Shown one piece after another: positions 39,359 through 49,045 of a stretch of DNA of 64,000 nt (position 1 is the stretch's first letter; each line of letters starts with the position of its first letter). Source of the DNA: an uncultured bacterium (lineage in GTDB: Bacteria; Acidobacteriota; HRBIN11; JAKEFK01); contig CAVZQN010000001.1 of NCBI GenBank assembly GCA_963777505.1, positions 576,001 to 640,000 on the forward strand. Reading direction: 5' to 3'. The notes beneath the pieces are model-generated. The model ran no database searches. It was given only the letters and a program-made list of their open reading frames with translations, and was not told where the DNA came from. Made by a program: the position numbers and the translations under genes.

Positions 39359-41130
39359 CATCGTGATCAACCCGGATAGTGTGATGAAACGTTTGCGAAA
39401 GGATCGTGTGCGGCAAATTGCTACCTCTTTGCTTTCCAATGCTCCGCTCAATGCAGATCCTGAAATTTTGTATCGTTTTGCGAAAGCGTCACACAATAAA
39501 AGCAATGCTACATTTCAAGCTCTGCGTGTTGCTAGCAAGTTCCCCGAACGATCCGATGCTGCTCAAGAATGGTACTGGAAGGCATTTTTAGCCGGCGCCG
39601 AACTCCCAAAAGCAAACCTTTTCAGATTGGTAATGGTTTCTATGCGTGCTGGACAATCTAAAAGAACGAGAGCGGATTCTGAATTCTATCCGAAAGAGAT
39701 TTGGGCAGATCTTTCAAGCTGGCTCGTATGTGGCTTGATTTTTATTTAAGAGCTTCAGGCTTCACATCCGGCGAAAAGCTTGCGGTCAAAAATGGCAATT
39801 ATTGCGAAAAGAAAGAATAACAGTTTACAGAATCATTTTTTTACAAGCCATGGCATGCCAGATCTTATGATTCTACAAAATAAGCTATCAAGGAAGCAGA
39901 TGAAATCCTGAGTAAATTACAAACAGAGCCTTCAGATTATAGCCAACAAAGAAGTCTATGGCTATTAGATTCATAACTACTAGGGCTTATGCTGCTTTTA
40001 TAAAGGAAAATTTGATGAAGCATTCAAGTCGTTCAAGCGCGCGATCTGAAGAAACATCCTTTCAGAACTCAGCAATGCGTTTATGAATTTGGGAATAGTT
40101 TTATCTGCAGGTTGGGACAGCTTGATCAGGCAGAAAAATGGCTATCGAAAGCAGTGCTGTTTTTCAACGACAAAATGATTCTGAAAGGCTTTCCTTTGCG
40201 TTCGGAAATCTTAGGCATACTGCTCAAACAAAAAGGAAAAACCGCCGAAGCAGAGATCTTGCTATTTCAGAAGTTTGCAGCTTAGTCGTATTTACAAAAA
40301 TGTGAATCGGTGCTACAGGGGCTCTTATTAACCTCAGTGCAAGCTATGAAATTGAAGGACGTTTAACGAAAGCTCTGCGCTACGCGAAACAAAGCCATAC
40401 AAATCTGGCGCAGGACGCAAAACTTTCTCAACAAATTGCTTATGGTTTAACTCATGCTGGACGAATCTATGCGATTTTGGGAAAATACAAGTTATCCGTT
40501 GTGTGCTTAAAGGAAGCAATAGACCTTCGATATCGCACTTAAACATACTGCGGAACTAGCAGTCTACTTCATGAAACATTTAGCTTTAACTTATATGTTT
40601 TCAGGACATTTAGAGAAGCAATCATTCAGTTTTCTAATGCCTCCGAGCTATTTGAAAAAGCTAGATCCACCCTTGATTGCAAAAGAGTTGGCCCTTTTTA
40701 CAGCCTTAACGACTAAATGATCATGTACTCTGTTGAAAACATGGATGTGAATGTACCCGAGGAGTCGTTTCGAATCGGGATATATCATTACTGTAGCCGC
40801 CAGAGCTCAGGATAGAGTCAAAAACGAGCAATGATTCCGAAATATCAAGCCACCTACATGAGGCTGAAAGAATCTTCCGAAATGTACCTTCTTTGTTCTG
40901 GCTCGGACGGGTTTTAAAGCTTAAAGCTGAATACAGTATCAAGAAGGATCATTATTGAAAAAGCAGGAATCCATTTAGAATCGGCGTACAATATTTTTTC
41001 AAGACTTGGAGCAAGAAAAGATTCTGAAGCTTGAATCAAATGAATATGACTATCAAGACTTCCTCGGAATCTTCTAAGCACAATGGCAGAAGGTCTTCCT
41101 TACAAAGTGCTAACAATGGTGAAGGAGGTT
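39345..41130 (+). pseudogene. Frameshift-riddled helical/TPR-like middle of the same gene
   Basis: Short plus-strand fragments with TPR-like text (AFMNLGIV, AEKWLSKAV, AFGNL); no long ORF. Confidence 0.55.
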
Positions 41131-42567
41131 GTTATCCGAACAAAATCCTGATCGGATGATCAACCGCATACTTTCTAGCTCTCTTAGAATTTACGGACAT
41201 GGAACGTGCGGTTCTGATTCTGACAGAAGATCCGCCACGAATTTTTAAGTCTGTGACACTTAGATGACAGTACCGTGCAAGAAATATATGAAATCAGCCA
41301 ATCAGCGTTAGAAGAAGCATCAGATTCTCAAAAGCCATACGTCAGCGTTTGAATGCGGTTTCAGACCCATATCTAAAAGCAAAACCCAGTATTCTGGCTA
41401 GCCGGATTATGAGCATTGTTTGTTTACCGTTGCGTCGGGAGATGGTTTTACTGGAGTTTTGTACCTTGATAGTCGCGAAGGAATTGAGACATTAGCGAAA
41501 ACAGAAACCGTTCTTCTTGAAATCTTTGCATCAATTATTGGAATTGCGTTGAGCAATTCAATGGTTCTTGAACAATCACTCGCCGAAAATGAATCTTTAA
41601 GAGCATCGTTAGGTCTTATTCATTTCCCAGAAATTATTGGAAAGAGTGAATCCATATTAAAGGTTTTGAAAACAGTCCAACATCTTCTGGAAACGGACCT
41701 TCCCGTTTTGATCACAGGAGAAACGGGAACCGGGAAAGGAACTGATTGCACGTGTTCTTCATTTTTCAGGAAAACGAAAAAGCGGACCATTCCTTGCAGT
41801 CAATTGTTCGGCGTTAACGAAAACACTTTTGGAAAGTGAATTGTTCGGACATGAAAAAGGATCGTTTACCGGAGCAATACAGCTAAAGAAAGGATTATTT
41901 GAACAAGCAAAACAAGGAACTCTTTTTCTTGATGAAGTAGGAGAAATGCCTCCTTCCATGCAAGTGAAACTGCTTGCGTGTGCTTCAAGAAGGAGAATTC
42001 AGGCGAGTCGGTGGAACGGAAACCCTCATTACTGATGCAAGAGTCATTCTTGCTACGAATCGGAATCTCCCAGAAATGATTCGTCAAGAAAAATTCCGTG
42101 AAGATCTCTACTATAGAATTAGAGGCGCACAAATTCATATGCCTTCCTTAAGAGAACGCTCTCAGGACATTCAACTGATTGCTGCACATTTCATAAAAAC
42201 AGCCGCCGCAGCCGCCCGTAAGAAGATCTCTGGCTTCTCTCCTGAAGCGTTAGAGCTCATGAAAAAATATGCCTGGCCAGGGAATGTCAGGCAGCTAAAA
42301 AATGAAGTCGAAAGGGTTGTTGCCTTTGCCCAATCCGAATGGATAAAACCCGAAGATCTCGACGCTGAAATCCGGGAAACCGAGAAGTCCTCTGCTCCCG
42401 CGAAGGGAACGCTAAAGGAAAGAGAAAAGCGCATTATTTTAGAGGCTCTAAAGGACCATAGTTGGAATATCCTCCAAACAGCCAGAAGTCTTGGCTTGAC
42501 AAGGAATGGACTTTACGGCAAGATGAAACTACATGGCATTACTTCGAAATCTGATCTAAGGAAGTAG
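41130..42567 (+). pseudogene. GAF - sigma54-interacting AAA+ - Fis HTH, frameshifted
   Basis: GAF (IMSIVCLPL, GVLYLDSR), [46 protein letters not shown] and HTH spread over several frames. Confidence 0.85.
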
Positions 42568-42809
42568 TGTCAATACTTTAATAATTTTTAACCTTGGAAG
42601 TTTAGGTGTTGCAGTAGGATCTCCTGGCGGTTTTTCCAAACTGCCTCGTCTACTGTCGAATGCAAACCGGTCAACGGGCCGAGGGAATTGCTATGGCGGC
42701 AGTAAACAGTGTTAACGGATTGAACACAATGTCTCCTCTATTCTCCTCCCATTTTCTGACCACACATTCGACGACAAATAAGTTTTTATTCTCGATTTGT
42801 TGCTCATAG

Positions 42810-42911
42810 CGTGAACAGTTAAAACTGTTTCACGTTTTTAATTTTTAGTTTGTATCTGCAATCTTTTCAGTAAGTTAGTGGTTGAATGGTTTCATTGGCA
42901 TTGCTCTTGCG
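42810..42911 (+). promoter_or_regulatory. Sigma54 promoter with upstream palindrome (candidate enhancer) and IHF-like site
   Basis: TGGCATTGCTCTTGC (GG-N10-GC, 42896-42910); CGTGAACAGTT-AA-AACTGTTTCACG (42810-42834); TTTCAGTAAGTTA (42865-42877). Confidence 0.7.
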
Positions 42912-43078
42912 AGTGAAACCGATGTAAGTCGGGGAGGTCTTGGAGATGCTGTATGCGCTTAGACCGTCTATATTCCCTGGCAGTCATTAATAAAAGAATC
43001 CCTTTCAGTCAAAAAACCCCTTTTAACCCCATTTCCGCGTCTATTCGTCTGCGGAAATCTAATCCTTGGAGAGACACC

Positions 43079-43477
43079 TTGAGAAAAAAATTAGGCACAA
43101 CAGTTTTATTAATAACCCTTTCTTGCGGAATTGCAAGTGCAGATTACTTGGCACCTCAACGGACATGCAAAATCAACAACTTGGGTCCAAAAGATCGACA
43201 ACGCATTCAAAATGTTCCGAGCCTGGTTATAAACGGAGGAATGATAATGCTATCCAATTCGCAGGTTATTCTCGAACTTCCCGAGGAGAAGGACATCGAG
43301 ACTGTGGAAGAAATGTCCATGCCGTCGAACCCTGGCTTAATACGTAAAACGATCCGTTATAGAAATGGGGTCACGGCAGTACTTTTCCAAGATTTTCAGG
43401 AATCGGTATTTAGCATTCAATTGAAGTCCGATGATCCGTTTTGGATTAGCCAGAATAGAGTTCTGAAAGTTAGTTAA
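43079..43477 (+). CDS. Hypothetical secreted protein
   Basis: In-frame TTG 43079 after GGAG gives signal peptide MRKKLGTTVLLITLSCGIASA; ORF track starts at 42953. Confidence 0.6.
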   Translation: MRKKLGTTVLLITLSCGIASADYLAPQRTCKINNLGPKDRQRIQNVPSLVINGGMIMLSNSQVILELPEEKDIETVEEMSMPSNPGLIRKTIRYRNGVTAVLFQDFQESVFSIQLKSDDPFWISQNRVLKVS

Positions 43478-43756
43478 AAGGACACAGTCTGCAGAAAATT
43501 AGAGTTTTTTGAGCTCAATGAAGAAAGCTCAAAAGGCTGTGTAAACGATTTGAGCAGTAGTACAAAGGGCTAAAAAGCCCAAAAAGACTGCTGTTTCTCG
43601 TCGAGTACCGGACTCTGCTCTGGGATCCCTTTTGCTCATTCCGTTAGCACCTACGCCCGTAGTGTTTTTACACTCCTTCCAGATATAAACTATTTATTCA
43701 CAATCACTTACACCGACGCTCTAGGACTTGGCCTGGCTTTTGATATAAGGAAGGTC

Positions 43757-45157
43757 ATGCAACCACGCATACAGATGGGGGAAAGGGCACTCGGCCTACA
43801 ACCACTAGAAATAAGAAAGAGCAATAAGAGAAGTATCGGTTCTGACGATCAGCAGATGGATCCTTATGTGATGACCGCGGAATGGCTGCGGTTTAAGAGC
43901 ACGCTGTTCGACAAGAACACGAATTTACCAGCACTGCCGATCGTCATCGACAGTGTACGCAAGATGGCCGACGAATACGGCACATTGGGGTTAATTTCTG
44001 TAAACCTGGGCCGCCAGGAAAATCTTGAAAGCATGTATGGCTGGCAGGTTTATGACGAAATGATTTCCGAATTTGCTACTGTTCTGGATCTTGCAAAGGA
44101 TGAAGTACTCCACAAACGAGATTTAATCGCAGTGACTCAGGTGAGGGGGGACGAATTCTTAGTATTCCTGACTCCGCCTTCGGGGGGAACCTGGAATGAA
44201 CATACACTTGAGCTCACAAACGAACGTTTGCGGAATGCTGTGCGTAGACGGATTGAACAGATGAGTCAGCAGCGCTGGCATCATCTTTCGTTTTACACAG
44301 GTCATGCTTCAATCGTCCGCGATCCTGCGGTACGAATTGAACGTTTGATCTTGAGAGCAATTTCGCGCGCGCGTGAAGTAAGCGGACAAGAAGTTGAAAA
44401 TCAAAAGATCCGCCATCACATCGCGTTGCAGCGAATACTTTCGAATCGTTCGATAACAACGTATTTCCAGCCGATCGTACATATGGAAAGTCTTGACATA
44501 TTGGGTTATGAAGCTTTAAGCAGAAGCCCGGTAGACTCAGGATTTGAAGGCTCTGAACTACTTTTTGCATTTGCTGAAAGCACAAACATGCTGTTGGATC
44601 TTGAACGGCTTTGTCGCGGTAATGCATTAAGAGCCGCCAGAGAATATGGTATCGATCGGAATTTATTCCTGAATTTCTCAGCAAAAGCTCTGCAAGATTC
44701 ACAGTTTACACCGCATCAACTTTCCGATTCCGTTGTAGAAAGCGGGCTGAGACAGGAAGACGTAGTTCTGGAAATTACAGAGCGCGTTGCGATACAACAA
44801 TGGGCTGGATTTAGAAAGATACTCCATCAGTATCGCGATCGCGGATTTCGCGTAGCAATAGACGATATGGGCGCGGGCTATAGCTCGTTACAAGCGATTG
44901 CAGAACTCGAACCAGATTATCTGAAGTTCGATATTTCGCTTGTCAGCAATATCCACGAAAGCCTAATTAAGGTGGGACTCCTGGAAACATTAGTTTCTCT
45001 ATCATCAAAAATCAATGCCAGGGTAATTGCAGAAGGAATAGAATCTCGGGAAGATTTTGTCGCTCTGAAAAACCTTGGCGTTCAACTCGGGCAGGGGTAT
45101 TATTTTGCGGCTCCTGCACCAAATTTACCTGAGATTGACACACATGATGCTTGTTGA
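43757..45157 (+). CDS. EAL c-di-GMP phosphodiesterase with degenerate GGDEF (RGDEF), paralog 2
   Basis: Same motifs as 36418..37737; AAGGAAGG RBS. Confidence 0.92.
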   Translation: MQPRIQMGERALGLQPLEIRKSNKRSIGSDDQQMDPYVMTAEWLRFKSTLFDKNTNLPALPIVIDSVRKMADEYGTLGLISVNLGRQENLESMYGWQVYDEMISEFATVLDLAKDEVLHKRDLIAVTQVRGDEFLVFLTPPSGGTWNEHTLELTNERLRNAVRRRIEQMSQQRWHHLSFYTGHASIVRDPAVRIERLILRAISRAREVSGQEVENQKIRHHIALQRILSNRSITTYFQPIVHMESLDILGYEALSRSPVDSGFEGSELLFAFAESTNMLLDLERLCRGNALRAAREYGIDRNLFLNFSAKALQDSQFTPHQLSDSVVESGLRQEDVVLEITERVAIQQWAGFRKILHQYRDRGFRVAIDDMGAGYSSLQAIAELEPDYLKFDISLVSNIHESLIKVGLLETLVSLSSKINARVIAEGIESREDFVALKNLGVQLGQGYYFAAPAPNLPEIDTHDAC

Positions 45158-45193
45158 GGCCTTTTAACTACTTCCCCTCTCTGGTCCAAAGGT

Positions 45194-45226
45194 GGGGCGT
45201 ACTTGGTACGCCCCTCTCTCTTCTTT
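45194..45226 (+). terminator. Probable terminator hairpin
   Basis: GGGGCGTAC-TTG-GTACGCCCC followed by a pyrimidine tract. Confidence 0.65.
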
Positions 45227-45303
45227 CCATTTGCAGTCGTAATTCATAAACCTGTCATTCTTGGCATCTTTGCGTCTTGGCGGTTGAGCTTTACTATTGA
45301 GAT

Positions 45304-46428
45304 GTGAAACATCGGACCGCTCTTGGTTCCATTCCGCTTTTCAAAATCTATGGCATCCCGATTGAAATTAACTATTCGTGGATTCTGATTTTTGTTCTGG
45401 TTTCAATCAATCTCGGCTCGGGCTGGTTTCCAGCGACACTTCCCTGGATTTCAACATCGCTTTCCTACGTGCTTGGCGCTGTCTCTGCCCTGCTGCTTTT
45501 CCTCTGTGTTCTCGCTCACGAATTGAGCCATTCATTGGTTGCACGCAAGGAAGGATTACATGTACATGGAATTATCCTTCATGTTTTTGGTGGCGTTTCC
45601 TTAATTCACGAAGGCGCGTACAAACCCGCAGTCGAATTCAAGATAGCAATTGCAGGCCCTCTTCTTAGCGTCATTCTAGGCGGACTATTCCTCATCGTAC
45701 GTAAGGTCCTATTTACGAATCCAGAGTCTATTCCTTTTGCTCTTTTCACCTACCTTTTTTTAATCAACTTTATGCTCGCAATCTTTAACCTGCTTCCGGG
45801 CTTTCCTTTAGATGGCGGAAGGGTGCTACGTTCAATTCTTGTTTTCTGGAAAAAAGATCTCATGACCGCTACAAGAATTGCCACACGTGTGGGCGTAGCC
45901 ATTGCATACTTATTGATGATTTACGGAGGAATAGCAATTTTAAGAGGGTTTCTCGGTGGTTTCTGGACGATCTTGATCGGAATTTTTGTCAAAGATGCAG
46001 CAGAATCCAGTTATAAACAAATGGTCATGAATCAACGTTTTGAAGGAAAGCTTGTTGAAGACATTATGCAGAGAAATCCTGTGGTTATCCCGCCGGACAT
46101 CACTGTGCAAAATTTAATTGATGATTACTTCTGGCGGTATCAGTATGGAAGCTTCCCTGTTGGCGATACTCATGCACTCGGAATCATTCCTTTCACAGAT
46201 GTGAAAAAAATTCCGCCAGAAGACCGCGACAAGACAACAGTCCGTTCTGTTATGCACCCGATCACAGATGCTTTACAAATCAGTCCTGACAAAACAATCC
46301 TTGAGGCTTTTGAAAAAGCGAGGGTTAACGGAGTCGGCCGATTGATCGTCACAAACGAATCAGGAGAGATTTTAGGTTATATAAGCTTGCGAGATATCGC
46401 TCGCGTGTATCAAGAAAAGAATTCTTAG
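45304..46428 (+). CDS. Site-2 protease (M50) with CBS pair
   Basis: HELSH, AGP, NLLPGFPLDGGR; two C-terminal CBS domains. Confidence 0.93.
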   Translation: MKHRTALGSIPLFKIYGIPIEINYSWILIFVLVSINLGSGWFPATLPWISTSLSYVLGAVSALLLFLCVLAHELSHSLVARKEGLHVHGIILHVFGGVSLIHEGAYKPAVEFKIAIAGPLLSVILGGLFLIVRKVLFTNPESIPFALFTYLFLINFMLAIFNLLPGFPLDGGRVLRSILVFWKKDLMTATRIATRVGVAIAYLLMIYGGIAILRGFLGGFWTILIGIFVKDAAESSYKQMVMNQRFEGKLVEDIMQRNPVVIPPDITVQNLIDDYFWRYQYGSFPVGDTHALGIIPFTDVKKIPPEDRDKTTVRSVMHPITDALQISPDKTILEAFEKARVNGVGRLIVTNESGEILGYISLRDIARVYQEKNS

Positions 46429-46429
46429 T

Positions 46430-48004
46430 TTATTGATCGGCAGAAATTTCGTAGAGCGGCTTTCGTTTCTTTACGCCTAAAGTATCCAGCGCTTTTTGAT
46501 TCTTTGGATCCAGTTGAAGAATGATATTCAGGTGCTTGAACGCTTTGAATTTCAAGCCTTGAGCTTGATAAAAATCAACCAATGCAAAATGGTTGTCCAG
46601 ACTGCGAGGTTCAATTTCAAGGGCTCGTAAAAGGTGCTTTTCCGCATCCAGGGCCTTTCCGGACGTTTGTAACATCTTTCCCAGAGCGCGCAAAAGAATC
46701 GTATTGGCTGGATCTTGATCGATCTCGTCCTCTAAAATATGCAAGTTTTCATTATCACCATTTGATGATCCGCTGCCTGGAATTGCTGTATCTTCGTTTT
46801 CCGGCGTGATCTTATTTTCCATCGTATTCGTCCGCATTTTTTCCGGAAACATCTCACCATTCAAATCATCACCGTCCGATGATTCCGATGACCCTGGTAT
46901 ACCGAACTCAAGCGGCTGGAGAGCCGCTTCCCTTTGCATTAAGTTGTGATGCGCCTGCGCCATCCGATCAATAATTTCCTTCAATGTGTCTTTTAGATCA
47001 CGGAACCTTTCGAAAGAAAAATAAGGTGGATGAAAGATACTGGTCAGGTTATTGTATGCCTTTTGAATTTCATCGCTGCTGAAATCCGGCAAAACATTTA
47101 GAACTTCTTCATCGGTTGCATCTTTGAGTCGCTTTTCGGTCGCCAGAATCAACTCTCGTAATTCATCTTCATTATGAGTTTTCAAACGAGATGCCTGTAC
47201 GGGATTACCTGGTGGATATTCACCTGGAGACATCGGCTTTGTGTTTAAAGGCGCATGTCCCTTTGCAATCACAGCATCTGCATTCGTGAGCTCTTTTAGT
47301 TCTTCGCAATGAACCATGCCCGATATCAAAAGGCAATACAAAGCGCGGCCAAATTCATGGGGAGGAAGTCGCGTGATGGAACGAAGCTGGCGGATTGTAG
47401 TTTTGTCATCTACACCTGCTAGGATCGTTTCCTCAGAAAAGTCGAGATTCGTTCGGGGAAGACGGCGTGTTGCCGGACCTAGTAAAACAATTCGATCATC
47501 ATCCGCTCCGATCCCCCTTTCCAAAACAACCAAACTGGTTATGTTCCGGATACCATCAATCACAACAGCTGGTGTGGAGACTTCCACCATAATATCTTCA
47601 AAAACCGGACGTTCTCTTTCAACAAATTCATAATCACCCGAATCCCAATTAAAAACAGAAAACAAAATTTGCTGAAGCTGATAATTCACGGCCTGAGTAA
47701 TTTCTGAGGCTGAAAGAATGCCTTTTTGAAGTAGAAGCTGACCTAAACGACGACCTTCTTCCAGTTCGGATGAAACCTGATTGAATTCTTCTTCAGTGAT
47801 CTTTCCGAGACGCAACAACACTTCGCCCAATCGTTCATGTTTTACATTTGAATGAACGAAGACAATTCTTCCGGATTTGAAATAGATACTCTTTTTGATT
47901 CCAGCCTGGCTTAAACGTAAAATTCCTGTTTGAGCCGCCAGGTGGAATTCGACTGCTAAGTCGGCCACATTTACATGGGCCAAACTGCCATGTTGAAGTT
48001 CCAT
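46430..48004 (-). CDS. DUF4388 - J-like - TPR protein
   Basis: HGSL..TGILRL..IYFKSGRIV (DUF4388), tandem RLG motifs, J-like VLNV..IQKAY..FHP, C-terminal TPR. Confidence 0.8.
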   Translation of the reverse strand: MELQHGSLAHVNVADLAVEFHLAAQTGILRLSQAGIKKSIYFKSGRIVFVHSNVKHERLGEVLLRLGKITEEEFNQVSSELEEGRRLGQLLLQKGILSASEITQAVNYQLQQILFSVFNWDSGDYEFVERERPVFEDIMVEVSTPAVVIDGIRNITSLVVLERGIGADDDRIVLLGPATRRLPRTNLDFSEETILAGVDDKTTIRQLRSITRLPPHEFGRALYCLLISGMVHCEELKELTNADAVIAKGHAPLNTKPMSPGEYPPGNPVQASRLKTHNEDELRELILATEKRLKDATDEEVLNVLPDFSSDEIQKAYNNLTSIFHPPYFSFERFRDLKDTLKEIIDRMAQAHHNLMQREAALQPLEFGIPGSSESSDGDDLNGEMFPEKMRTNTMENKITPENEDTAIPGSGSSNGDNENLHILEDEIDQDPANTILLRALGKMLQTSGKALDAEKHLLRALEIEPRSLDNHFALVDFYQAQGLKFKAFKHLNIILQLDPKNQKALDTLGVKKRKPLYEISADQ

Positions 48005-48029
48005 CCCCGCCTCTACTCGCGCACTTTTA

Positions 48030-48080
48030 TTTTAAACTAAACTCGCTGCCACGGTCAAGTCTATAAAAATCAATAACTTA
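48030..48080 (-). promoter_or_regulatory. Sigma70-like promoter with adjacent IHF consensus site
   Basis: Minus strand TTGACC-N18-TAAAAT; plus strand AATCAATAACTTA (48068-48080) matches WATCAANNNNTTR. Confidence 0.55.
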
Positions 48081-48106
48081 GAGGCAGCAAAGCAAGGTTG
48101 AGGAGT

Positions 48107-49045
48107 CTACGACAATCGCTCGACAGTTTCCGCAACGGATTCTGCATATACGGAACCTTGAAAACTTGCTCGAGTTTCAAGCTCTCTTTCGATTGCTGCG
48201 ACGATTTCTCTTCTTCGATTACACCAATTTGGGGCAACGAGAAGTTTTTCCGGACAATCCGCCGTGAGACGCAGAATCAGCATTTCCGGCGGAAGCAATT
48301 CCAATATCTTCGCGACAATTTCCGCATATTTTTGCATTGTCAATAAACGAAGCGGCATCCGTTCGTGCATTTTTTCAAGAGCCGTACCGCGAACGACATG
48401 CAAGTTGTGGATCTTGATTCCATCTACGGGAAGAGCTGCAACTTCGCGCGCGGTTTGCAGCATTTCAAAATCGTCTTCCCAGGGAAGCCCTGTAATAATA
48501 TGAGCGCCAATTTTGATTCCACGTCCGGATGTTCGTAAAACCGCATCTTTAAAGTCCGCAAAAGTATGGGCGCGATTTAATCGCTTCAATGATTCATCAC
48601 TGCTCGATTCCAATCCATACTCCAACCAGACTTCATGCGTTCCAACGAAGCGTTCGATGACTTGCAAAACATCTTCGGGAACACAATCGGGACGGGTGCC
48701 AATCGCCAATCCAACAACTTCAGGAAAGTCATAAATCACGCTGTAAAGCTTTTGAAGATGTTCCGGCGATCCATATGTATTTGAATAAGCTTGAAAGTAC
48801 GCGACGAATTTATGCGCTCCGAATCTTCGTCTACCCCGTTTGATCCCGGTCTCAAGTTGTTCACGAATCGGCGCATCAAGGCTGAAGTTAAAGCTGTCGT
48901 TGTTGCAATAAATACAGCCGCCAACCGCTTTGGATCCATCTCGATTCGGGCAGGTAAAACCGGCATCTAGAGACACTTTCTGAACTCTACCACCATAACG
49001 CTCGCGCCAATATTGATAAACCGGACGATACAATTTCTTTTTCAT
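48107..49045 (-). CDS. TIGR01212 (YhcC/YtqA-like) radical SAM protein
   Basis: DAGFTCPNRDG..GGCIYC, YFQAYSNTY, IGTRPDC, GIKIHNLH. Confidence 0.93.
   Translation of the reverse strand: MKKKLYRPVYQYWRERYGGRVQKVSLDAGFTCPNRDGSKAVGGCIYCNNDSFNFSLDAPIREQLETGIKRGRRRFGAHKFVAYFQAYSNTYGSPEHLQKLYSVIYDFPEVVGLAIGTRPDCVPEDVLQVIERFVGTHEVWLEYGLESSSDESLKRLNRAHTFADFKDAVLRTSGRGIKIGAHIITGLPWEDDFEMLQTAREVAALPVDGIKIHNLHVVRGTALEKMHERMPLRLLTMQKYAEIVAKILELLPPEMLILRLTADCPEKLLVAPNWCNRRREIVAAIERELETRASFQGSVYAESVAETVERLS

Noticed and set aside
42660-42710. c-di-GMP-I riboswitch (GCAAACC start)
   Set aside because: Lacks the GNRA loop, the GACGCAAAGC segment and the P1 pairing.
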